DNA from: an uncultured Bacilli bacterium
GTDB lineage: Bacteria; Bacillota_I; Bacilli_A; RFN20; CAG-826
Direction: 5' to 3'
NCBI GenBank assembly: GCA_944349595.1
Contig: CALVNF010000002.1
Location: 175,468 to 239,467, forward strand
DNA: 64,000 nt
Position 1 is the stretch's first letter. Each line of letters begins with the position of its first letter. The translations under genes and the position numbers were made by a program. Positions 22,056-31,773 of this stretch are shown here, in pieces. The notes beneath the pieces are model-generated. The model saw only the letters and a list, made by a program, of their open reading frames with translations, had not been told where the DNA came from and did no database searches.

Positions 22056-22394
22056 ATAATTATTTTATATTTATTTTAATATAAAATAAAGTTTTTAAAT
22101 TTGAAATGTATGAATATTTTAAAAAAATTATTAGATTTGTCTCATAAATTAATAAATTTTTTTAAAAAAAATTGAGGTTTTGTAGAGTTTTTTAAATATT
22201 TACAAAATAAATTTTGTTTTTTTATTAATTAGTAGTAAAATATTTAAGCGTGTTTAAGCATGTGAATATTTATTTGTCTGATGATTAATAAATAATAGTA
22301 TCTTATTTGCTTGATAAGGGAAATTAATTCATCCGAAATAAAGAATTCGCACCTATGCTTTATTCATGTAAAATAAAGAAAGGAGTTATAAATA

Positions 22395-23003
22395 ATGAGA
22401 GATACAGGTTCAACTTGGAAGAAAAGTAGATATTTAAATATGTCTCTTTCTGAAACTGGAAAAGAATTAAAGAAAAGACCTTATGTCCCTGGTCAACACG
22501 GATCACCATTAAGAAGAAAAAAATCTTCTGAATACGGAAAGCAATTAATCGAAAAACAAAAATTAAGAACTTTATATGGTGTAAACGAAAGACAATTTAG
22601 AAGATTATTCAATTTAGCTTCTAAATCAAAAGGAATTACTGGCTTAGAATTCTTTAGAATTCTTGAATCAAGATTAGACAATTTAGTATATCGTTTAGGA
22701 TTTGCTCCAACAAGAAAAGCTGCAAGACAATTAGTTAATCACGGTCACATTCTTGTAAATGGTAAAAAAGTTGATATTCCATCATATTTATGTAAAGTAA
22801 ATGATGTAATTTCAGTTAAAGAATCCTCAAGAACATTAAAAGTTATTAAAGAATCACTTGAAAGTGCTCCAGCTACTGTTGGATATGTTGAATTAGATAA
22901 GGAAAAACTCTCTGGTAAATTCATTAGAGTTCCAGAAAGAAACGAACTTTCTCAAGATATCAACGAAGCTGCAATTATTGAATACTACAATAGATTATTG
23001 TAA
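22395..23003 (+). CDS. rpsD: 30S ribosomal protein S4
   Basis: [36 protein letters not shown] aligns with the N-terminus of Bacillus S4. A 340-nt leader lies upstream. Confidence 0.9.
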   Translation: MRDTGSTWKKSRYLNMSLSETGKELKKRPYVPGQHGSPLRRKKSSEYGKQLIEKQKLRTLYGVNERQFRRLFNLASKSKGITGLEFFRILESRLDNLVYRLGFAPTRKAARQLVNHGHILVNGKKVDIPSYLCKVNDVISVKESSRTLKVIKESLESAPATVGYVELDKEKLSGKFIRVPERNELSQDINEAAIIEYYNRLL

Positions 23004-23019
23004 TTTCAAAGATAAATTA

Positions 23020-23058
23020 AAAAAGATGACCTTTATTATAAGGTCATCTTTTTTTTAT
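23020..23058. terminator. Bidirectional intrinsic terminator between rpsD(+) and tyrS(-)
   Basis: AAAAAGATGACCTTTATTATAAGGTCATCTTTTTTTT. Confidence 0.75.
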
Positions 23059-23078
23059 TCTAACAATTTATATTTTAT

Positions 23079-24335
23079 TTATTTAGTTGATAATAAATAA
23101 AAATTCTTTTTTCCTTTTTTTAAGACAATAAATTGATCGTGAAGTAAATTAAGATCACTTAATTTATAATCTATATCAGTAATTTTATTTCCATTTAATG
23201 ATATAGAATTACCACTAATTAATTCTCTTGCTTCTCTTTTTGATTTACATGCTCCAACTTCAATTAGTGTATCCATAAAGTTATTGGATACATCAATTTT
23301 ACGAATTGAATTATTAAATAATTCTAATATGTTTTCTTTACTTAAACTTTCAAATTCATTTTTAAAGAAAGCTTCTGACATTTTTACAGCTTCATTTGCT
23401 TTTTCTTCACCATGAATTATTTTTGTAACTTCGTAAGCAAGCCTTTTTTGAGCAATTCTTTGACCAAGGTTTGCTAAATGTTCTTTTTCAATTTCATTAA
23501 TTTCTTCAACAGGTACAAAAGTAAATACTTTTAAATAATGTACAGCATCTTCATCAGTTGAATTTAAAAAGAATTGATACAATTTATAAGGTGAAGTTAA
23601 TTTTTCATCTAAATATAAAGCACCTTCTTCACTTTTTCCAAATTTTTTTCCATCACTTCTAGTGATTAAATGAAGGACCATACAACCAACTTTTTCTTCA
23701 TCACCTTTAATTTTTCTAATTAATTCTAATCCACTTGTTAAATTACCCCATTGGTCACTTCCACCAATTTGAATAGAAACTCCATACTTTTCATGTAATT
23801 TTAAAAAGTCGATTGATTGTAATAACATATAAGAAAATTCCGTATACGAAATACCATTTGCAAGTCTTGAAGCAACAACATCTTTTGAAAGCATATAATT
23901 AATATTTATAAATTTTCCATAGTCTCTTAAGTATTCAAGTAGTGAAATATCTTTTAACCAATCATAATTATTTAATAAAATTGCTTTAGAAGAATCTTTA
24001 AAATCTAAAAACTTAGATAATTGATTTTTGATACTATTTACATTTTCTTGAACTTTTTCAGCTGTTAAAAATGCTCTTTCTTTAGATTTTCCACTAGGAT
24101 CACCAATCATTCCGGTTCCGCCACCAACTAAAGCAATTACTCTATGACCATATTGAGTAAATCTCATAAGTGTTGCAATCATTATAAAATTACCAATATG
24201 TAAAGAATTTGCACTTGGATCAAAACCACAATAAATTGTTTGTGGAGTAGATAGTAATTCTCTAATTTGGGTTTCGTTTGAATAATCTTTAATTAAGCCA
24301 CGGGCATTTAATTCATCAATTACATTTTTAAACAT
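23079..24335 (-). CDS. tyrS: Tyrosyl-tRNA synthetase
   Basis: HIGN (LHIGNF) and KFGKS class I motifs, with a C-terminal S4-like domain. Confidence 0.9.
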   Translation of the reverse strand: MFKNVIDELNARGLIKDYSNETQIRELLSTPQTIYCGFDPSANSLHIGNFIMIATLMRFTQYGHRVIALVGGGTGMIGDPSGKSKERAFLTAEKVQENVNSIKNQLSKFLDFKDSSKAILLNNYDWLKDISLLEYLRDYGKFININYMLSKDVVASRLANGISYTEFSYMLLQSIDFLKLHEKYGVSIQIGGSDQWGNLTSGLELIRKIKGDEEKVGCMVLHLITRSDGKKFGKSEEGALYLDEKLTSPYKLYQFFLNSTDEDAVHYLKVFTFVPVEEINEIEKEHLANLGQRIAQKRLAYEVTKIIHGEEKANEAVKMSEAFFKNEFESLSKENILELFNNSIRKIDVSNNFMDTLIEVGACKSKREARELISGNSISLNGNKITDIDYKLSDLNLLHDQFIVLKKGKKNFYLLSTK

Positions 24336-24386
24336 ATCAAAACTCCTTTTTTAAATGCAATTAGTATTGTAAATTATATTAATAAT

Positions 24387-25391
24387 TTATTCAATTGTTG
24401 TATTGTACTTTACAATTTTGGCTTCAAATTTATTAACTTTTTTATATAAATTATTATTTGAGATATCAATTAACATTGAAGTTGCAATTTTTCCAACTTC
24501 ATTAAAATCTAAATATAAGTTAGTAATATTTGGTCGAATAATTTTAGAATATTTAGTTCCAATTATTGATAAAACTTGCACATCTTCTGGTATTCTTAAA
24601 TTATTGTCCATTGCAGCATTAAGTACTGCAGCTGCAATTGAGTCACGATATGCAATAAAATAGCCTTTTTTATTATATTTAAAATATTCTTTAAAATCTT
24701 CATAAGTTTGAGTATAAGAATCATCACAATTGATAATATTGTAATCTTTATTGCTATTTTCATGTACTTGAACAAATGCCTTTTCAACTTTATTCAACAA
24801 TCTACCACCATTATGGACATGAATAAATGTCATATCAATTCCATTATGTGATATATTATCTAAAACAACTTTTCTAATTAATTCATCGTGATTAAATAAA
24901 ATACATCCAGTTGTTTCACCAGATACATTATGATTGATAATAACCGCTGGAACACTATAAGAATTAATATTTCTAATATCATCACTTGTTAATTCATCAT
25001 CAAAAATAATTACTCCATCAACGTGGGATTTAATAACGTCTTCAATAACTTTAGTTGCATCTAATTTTGAATGAGATGTTGTTAATAATAAAATTTTAAA
25101 TCCCTTATTTTTTGCAACTTCTTGAATTCCATTTATAAAATTGGAAATATAAACATAATTCGCGCTTGGTACAACAACTGCAATAATAAAAGATTTTGAA
25201 GTTGCTAAACCTTGAGCCAAGGCGCTTGGTTTAAATCCTAATTTTTTTATAACATCATTTACTTTATTTTTTGCTTCTTGAGAAACATTGTTGGCATTAT
25301 TAATAACCCTAGAAACCGTTGCAAGAGAAACACCTGCTTTTTTTGCAACTTCATAAATTGTTACTCTTGGTTTTTTATTATCAGTTGACAT
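24387..25391 (-). CDS. LacI-family transcriptional regulator, CcpA-like
   Basis: HTH TIYEVAKKAGVSLATVSRVINN resembles the CcpA N-terminus. 334 aa, the same length as B. subtilis CcpA. It sits beside tyrS as in Bacillus, and a GH3 glucosidase is the next gene upstream. Confidence 0.65.
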   Translation of the reverse strand: MSTDNKKPRVTIYEVAKKAGVSLATVSRVINNANNVSQEAKNKVNDVIKKLGFKPSALAQGLATSKSFIIAVVVPSANYVYISNFINGIQEVAKNKGFKILLLTTSHSKLDATKVIEDVIKSHVDGVIIFDDELTSDDIRNINSYSVPAVIINHNVSGETTGCILFNHDELIRKVVLDNISHNGIDMTFIHVHNGGRLLNKVEKAFVQVHENSNKDYNIINCDDSYTQTYEDFKEYFKYNKKGYFIAYRDSIAAAVLNAAMDNNLRIPEDVQVLSIIGTKYSKIIRPNITNLYLDFNEVGKIATSMLIDISNNNLYKKVNKFEAKIVKYNTTIE

Positions 25392-25505
25392 TTTTTATAC
25401 CTCTGTTTTAAATATACCATATAAAAATGAAAAATTAAATGTAATTATGAAAAAATTTTCAGTAAATTTTCATTTTTCAAACTTTTAAGATGCTTTGAGG
25501 TTAAT

Positions 25506-27950
25506 TTATTTTTGTTTATTGAAAAATTTTTCAATTTTTTTCTTACTGCATTTATATAATTTAATGCCTTTAATTAAATGACTATTTAAAATTAAAATTA
25601 AAGCGTCTATATAATACTTATTTAAATTATTATTCATTTCATAACTTCTTATTGGAGTTTCAAATAACATTCTTTTAAATTCATTAAATTTCATTTTTTG
25701 TTTCTTTGCTTGAATAAAATAAATTAAATTTAATAATGGTATAAATAATTTATAAAATTTCTTTATTTCTAACACATCTTTAATTGTTGAATTTCTATTT
25801 ATCACTTTTGAAGTATTCGGATTTATTTTTCTATTTAATAAATTTTCAAAATTACTTTGAGAGATATTTTTTATATTTTTTGCATCATAATAAATTTCAT
25901 TATTTTTATGATAATCAAATATATTATTATTGACATTATAAATATATATTTTTTCAGTTAGTAATATATTTCTACTTGAAGAACCAACACTTATTATATA
26001 TTCTCCATTTTCTAAATCATAATCATTTAAAATCGTATTAAAAAATTTTAGATCTTCTATTTCTATTTTAATTTCAACTTTTTGTGTTTCGCCAGGTCTT
26101 AAATAAATTTTTTCAAACTGGCATAGTTCTTTTTCTGCTCGAAATATTTTAGAATTAGGTTTTGAAAAATAAACTTCAACAATTTCTTTTCCATCAAAAT
26201 TTCCAATATTTTTTAATTCAAAAGATAAAGTTATTTCTTTATCATTTTTATCAAATGTTTTTTTATCTAATTTTAAGTTTGAATATTCAAATTTCGTATA
26301 ACTCAAACCATAACCAAATTCAAATAAAACATCGATATTAGCGCTATTATAGTATCGGTAACCTGTATAAATTGATTCTCTGTATTGATAATTTCTATTA
26401 ATATCATTTTGATAATTATAACAAGGAACATCATTTAATTTTTTTGGCCATGTTTCACTAGTTTTACCACTTGGATTAATATTTCCAAATAAAACATTTG
26501 CAATGGAACTACCACTTGTGGTTCCATTTAATTGCATTAAAATTAAACCTCTTATATCATTTATAAATGGTAATTCTACCGGAGTTCCAACGTCTAAAAC
26601 AACAATTAAATCTTTTCTTAATTGAGTAATTTTGTTTATTAAATTAAGTTGATTTTTTGGAAGTTGAAAACTATTTCGATCATAGTTTTCTGTTTCTTGT
26701 CCATCTTCTAAGCCACAAAAGAATATTACTTTATCAAAATTATTGACAATTTTAAGAACTTCTTTTTCAAGTTTATTATTAACCTTATTATTTTTAATAT
26801 TAAAACCTTGTTTATAAATAAAATTATTCGATAAATTTTTAAATTCATCAAACGGAGAAATAACTTTTATTGGATTTACATGACTTGATCCTCCGCCTTG
26901 AATATGAGGATTTTTAAAATATGGTCCAATAATTAATGTTTTTTCTTCTTTTTTAATTGGTAATACGTTATTATCGTTTTTTAATAAAACAATTGTTTCA
27001 TCACTAATTTTTTTAATATTATTCAACATTTCATCATAGTTTAAGTTTATTTCTTTGTTATTAGATGATTTATTTACTTTATAAGCTAATTTAATATTTT
27101 CCTTAACTGAATTATTTATTTCTTCTTCATTAATCTTATTTTCTTTTAACAAATCATATAAATAAACATCCGTTGCTTGATTACATCCTGGCATTTCTAA
27201 ATTTAAACCATTTTTAAAGGAGTTTAAAACATCATTTAATGCACCCCAATCTGTAATAAAAGCACCTTCAAAACCAAATTTATTTCTAGCAACTTCGTTT
27301 AATAAATATTTATTTTCGCTGCAATAAATTCCATTTATTTTATTATATGCAGTCATTATTGAATATGGATGTGATTTTTCAATAATTCTTTTAAATTGTT
27401 TTAAATAAATTTCAAATAATGCTCTGTCATCAACAATTGAATCTGAAATAAATCTATCATTTTCTTGATTATTACATGCAAAATGTTTTAAACAACAACC
27501 AATATTATATTTTTGAATTGCATTTATTCTTTTAATTGCAAGTTCACTTGTAAGATATGGATCTTCACTATAATATTCAAAATTTCTACCACCCATTGGA
27601 TTTCTTTTATGATTAACGGCTGGCGCCAATAATAAATTAACTCCATTTTTAAGACACTCTTTTGCTAAAGAATCTCCTAAAATATCTTCCAATTCACGAT
27701 TAAAAGAACAAGAAATTGCAGATGGGCTAGGATAACAAATTGCTGCGATTGTACTTGTAAAACCAGCTTTTTCATCAAATTTCTGTGTTCTTAAACCATT
27801 TGGTCCATCTGACATTTTAATTACATTAATATTTTTAATTTTACTATTAGTAGTAAAAGCAGTTTCTCCATATAGTAAACTTAATTTTTGTTTTAATGTA
27901 AGTTTTTTTAATTCTTCATCAATTAATTTATTTAGCTCGTTATTATCCAT
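25506..27950 (-). CDS. Glycoside hydrolase family 3 beta-glucosidase (BglX-like) with unusual ~100-aa basic C-terminal tail
   Basis: GH3 N-terminal (GFEGAFITDWGA catalytic Asp region) and C-terminal domains, plus a fibronectin-like domain. 814 aa. Confidence 0.8.
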   Translation of the reverse strand: MDNNELNKLIDEELKKLTLKQKLSLLYGETAFTTNSKIKNINVIKMSDGPNGLRTQKFDEKAGFTSTIAAICYPSPSAISCSFNRELEDILGDSLAKECLKNGVNLLLAPAVNHKRNPMGGRNFEYYSEDPYLTSELAIKRINAIQKYNIGCCLKHFACNNQENDRFISDSIVDDRALFEIYLKQFKRIIEKSHPYSIMTAYNKINGIYCSENKYLLNEVARNKFGFEGAFITDWGALNDVLNSFKNGLNLEMPGCNQATDVYLYDLLKENKINEEEINNSVKENIKLAYKVNKSSNNKEINLNYDEMLNNIKKISDETIVLLKNDNNVLPIKKEEKTLIIGPYFKNPHIQGGGSSHVNPIKVISPFDEFKNLSNNFIYKQGFNIKNNKVNNKLEKEVLKIVNNFDKVIFFCGLEDGQETENYDRNSFQLPKNQLNLINKITQLRKDLIVVLDVGTPVELPFINDIRGLILMQLNGTTSGSSIANVLFGNINPSGKTSETWPKKLNDVPCYNYQNDINRNYQYRESIYTGYRYYNSANIDVLFEFGYGLSYTKFEYSNLKLDKKTFDKNDKEITLSFELKNIGNFDGKEIVEVYFSKPNSKIFRAEKELCQFEKIYLRPGETQKVEIKIEIEDLKFFNTILNDYDLENGEYIISVGSSSRNILLTEKIYIYNVNNNIFDYHKNNEIYYDAKNIKNISQSNFENLLNRKINPNTSKVINRNSTIKDVLEIKKFYKLFIPLLNLIYFIQAKKQKMKFNEFKRMLFETPIRSYEMNNNLNKYYIDALILILNSHLIKGIKLYKCSKKKIEKFFNKQK

Positions 27951-28005
27951 TAAAATTACCTTAAAATAAAAAAAGTTGATATAAACATCAACCTAACTTT
28001 TCAAA

Positions 28006-28081
28006 TGGTGGGCGCTAAGGGAATCGGACCCATGACCTTCTGTACGTCAAACAGATGCTCTCCCAACTGAGCTAAACGCCC
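28006..28081 (-). tRNA. tRNA-Val (anticodon GAC), with a non-canonical T-loop (C at position 55)
   Basis: Reverse complement folds as a cloverleaf. Acceptor stem GGGCGTT/AGCGCCC, D-arm GCTCAGTTGGGAGAGC, anticodon loop TTGACGT, and CCA encoded. The T-loop reads TCCGATT. Confidence 0.55.
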
Positions 28082-28270
28082 ACGTACAAAATATAATACT
28101 TTAATTAAGAAAAAATTTCAACAATAAAATTACTTATTGTAAAAATATCAATCAGTAAAAATAATATTGATGGGGGTAAAATTAAATTAACCAAAAAGGT
28201 GAAAATAACATTTACCATTTTATGGAATATTCTATAATTTTCCAAAAGGAGTAATTACGGAATTAAATTG

Positions 28271-28754
28271 AATATTCTAACGCTTCGGAGCCACCAGTTT
28301 AAAGCTTGTGAGCCATACCCTATTTAACTAATAATTTTGACCTTGAGAGCCATCTTTAAATTATATCCCCTAAAATATTTTTACTTGAGTTTTTATTGAC
28401 TAATTTCAACCATAATTCAGGAAAATATTTTATATAATATTTTTTAAGACGCACAATTGTTCAACTTTTAAAACTTTAAATTCATATAAAAAAACATTAT
28501 TTTTAGTATTATTTAAATAAGGTGGATATGATTTTAGCTAATGTACGTTTTATATTTAAATAAATACAATATTAGTAATAAGAAATATTAAAATAAATTT
28601 TTTTAATTAATTGACAAAATATAGAAAGAAATTTTTAACGATTTATTTTATGAATTTATTTAAAAATGTAGATGCTCCGAAACTCTAAATCGCTAATTAA
28701 AGTGGGTATGGCTCTCAAGCTCTAAACTGAGGCCTCCCAAGCACTAGAATATTC
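28271..28754. mobile_element. ~484-bp non-coding element bounded by 51-bp imperfect inverted repeats (MITE-like or structured RNA)
   Basis: The left repeat at 28271-28321 and the reverse complement of 28704-28754 match at ~43 of 51 positions. The interior is ~380 bp of AT-rich sequence with no ORF. It lies in a 0.9-kb ORF-free gap between tRNA-Val and tRNA-Leu. Confidence 0.4.
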
Positions 28755-28939
28755 ACTTATAAGAGCAACAAATATTAATACTATACATAATTTTTTTAAT
28801 ACTAATTCTTTAGAAGAATTTAAAACGAAATTCATTTCTTCTAAGAATTTAAAAAATAAGCTCATTTCTTTAGAATTTGATATAAATAAAATGTGGAATA
28901 CAAAATCTACCTTGCATTGTATTCAAAGTTCGCCTAAAG

Positions 28940-29069
28940 AAATTATTAAAAGTTGACAGTTTTTAAAGTCTAAATAAAGTTGACAACACTGTCAACATAA
29001 AAATTAAATAACCCCCAAATAACCCCCAAGCAACAAAAAAAGCCGATAAAATCGGCATTATTTATTAAT
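28940..29069. repeat. tRNA-trailing conserved element, copy A
   Basis: Compared with 44433-44561: TTGACA..N27..TTGACAnnnnTGTCAA palindrome, ATAAAAAT, (AAATAACCCCC)x2, and the hairpin AAAAAAAGCCGATAAAATCGGC. The hairpin is a rho-independent terminator for the minus-strand tRNA-Leu. Confidence 0.6.
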
Positions 29070-29156
29070 TGGTGCTCGAAGAGGGACTTGAACCCTCATG
29101 AGTTTAACCTCGATGGATTTTGAGTCCATTGCGTCTACCAGTTCCACCATTCGAGC
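29070..29156 (-). tRNA. tRNA-Leu (anticodon CAA), class II with long variable arm
   Basis: Reverse complement: acceptor GCTCGAA/TTCGAGC, anticodon loop CTCAAAA, T-arm GAGGGTTCAAGTCCCTC, and CCA encoded. Confidence 0.8.
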
Positions 29157-29165
29157 GCTCTAATA

Positions 29166-30308
29166 TTATAAATGTTTTAATATATTATTACAAACAATAT
29201 AACTAGAAGAGAAACAAAGCATTAAATTATACCCTCCACATAAACCATTAATATCTAATATTTCTCCAGCAAAATATACATTTTTTTCTATTTTACTTTC
29301 TAAAGTGTCTTTATTTATGTTTAAAAATGATACGCCGCCAATTGTAACTTGTGAATCACTAAAACTATATGATTCTGCATATGAAAATTCGAATTGATAA
29401 AAATTATTTTTATAATATTTTATTATATAATTAAACATTCTAGAATCAAAAAAACCATGCAAAACCTCAATATTTTTATATTTTGTATAGTAATTCTTTA
29501 TCATTTTTTCATTTTCTTCATCAAATACTTTTAATATTATTTTTGGACTCTGAATGTTTTTATTTTTAATTATACTTTCAATATTAAAAATACAAATTCC
29601 ACTTAATCCATCTTCTTTAAAAATAACTTCACCATCTTCTGAATAAATTAAGTTTGATGAATTATCATATAAACAGGCTTTGCATTTTATACGTTCATTT
29701 TTTAACTCTTTTGTTGATTCAAGTGTTTTAATAGGACATAAACCTGGTTGTAAATTAGATATTGTATAAAAATGTTCTTTTAAAATATTAAATAAATTGC
29801 CATCACTTCCAAGATTTGGAGTAGATTTTCCTCCACTTGTAAAAATAAGAAAGTCAAAATCATCAATATTTAAATAATTTTCAAATATTAAATTATATTT
29901 TTTTAATACATTTTGATTATATGATTTTAATTTATGATTCAAATATACTTTAATATTTAATTTTTTAACCCAAAATTCTAAATTTTCAATGTAGTTTTTT
30001 GCACTTAAAGAAAATGGATAAACATATCCTTGTATATTTCTTGTTGCAATATTTAATTCTTTTAAAATATGAATTTGTTTATTTATATCACAATTTTTGT
30101 AAATTCTATAAGCTTCAATTGAATTAAAAAATTTTAAATTATCATTAAAGTTTCCTAAATTACATCTACCATTTCCAGTTGCATAAATTTTTTTCATTAA
30201 TTTATTTTCTTTTTCAAATATATAAACATCAATATCATTATTTTGTTTTTTTAATAATATTGATAATATAACTCCAGAATATCCGCCACCAATAATTGCA
30301 ACTTTCAT
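29166..30308 (-). CDS. HI0933/BaiN-family FAD-dependent flavoprotein
   Basis: MKVAIIGGGYSGV Rossmann motif and the ATGNGRCNLGN family signature. Confidence 0.75.
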   Translation of the reverse strand: MKVAIIGGGYSGVILSILLKKQNNDIDVYIFEKENKLMKKIYATGNGRCNLGNFNDNLKFFNSIEAYRIYKNCDINKQIHILKELNIATRNIQGYVYPFSLSAKNYIENLEFWVKKLNIKVYLNHKLKSYNQNVLKKYNLIFENYLNIDDFDFLIFTSGGKSTPNLGSDGNLFNILKEHFYTISNLQPGLCPIKTLESTKELKNERIKCKACLYDNSSNLIYSEDGEVIFKEDGLSGICIFNIESIIKNKNIQSPKIILKVFDEENEKMIKNYYTKYKNIEVLHGFFDSRMFNYIIKYYKNNFYQFEFSYAESYSFSDSQVTIGGVSFLNINKDTLESKIEKNVYFAGEILDINGLCGGYNLMLCFSSSYIVCNNILKHL

Positions 30309-30345
30309 GAGAATATAATACCACTTTTCTTATAATTTCCATAAT

Positions 30346-30370
30346 AAAAAGCCCGTTTTTAGCGGGCTTA
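30346..30370 (-). terminator. Intrinsic terminator after enolase
   Basis: Minus strand: AAGCCCGCTAAAAACGGGCTTTTT. Confidence 0.7.
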
Positions 30371-30398
30371 GTCTGTTTATGAATGTATTAAACTTTAG

Positions 30399-31736
<1,338 letters not shown>

Positions 31737-31773
31737 TCAAATTAAATATTAAATAATTAAAATTATTTATAAT

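Noticed and set aside
24336-24386. T-box leader upstream of tyrS
   Set aside because: Only 47 nt separate tyrS from the upstream LacI/CcpA-like gene. No T-box consensus or terminator is present.
28090-28990. Hidden RNase P, tmRNA, SRP or 6S RNA gene in the ORF-free gap
   Set aside because: None of the universally conserved motifs (RNase P P4 AGGAAAGUCC, the tmRNA tRNA-like 3' end, the SRP GGUGCUGUUUACC domain) are present.
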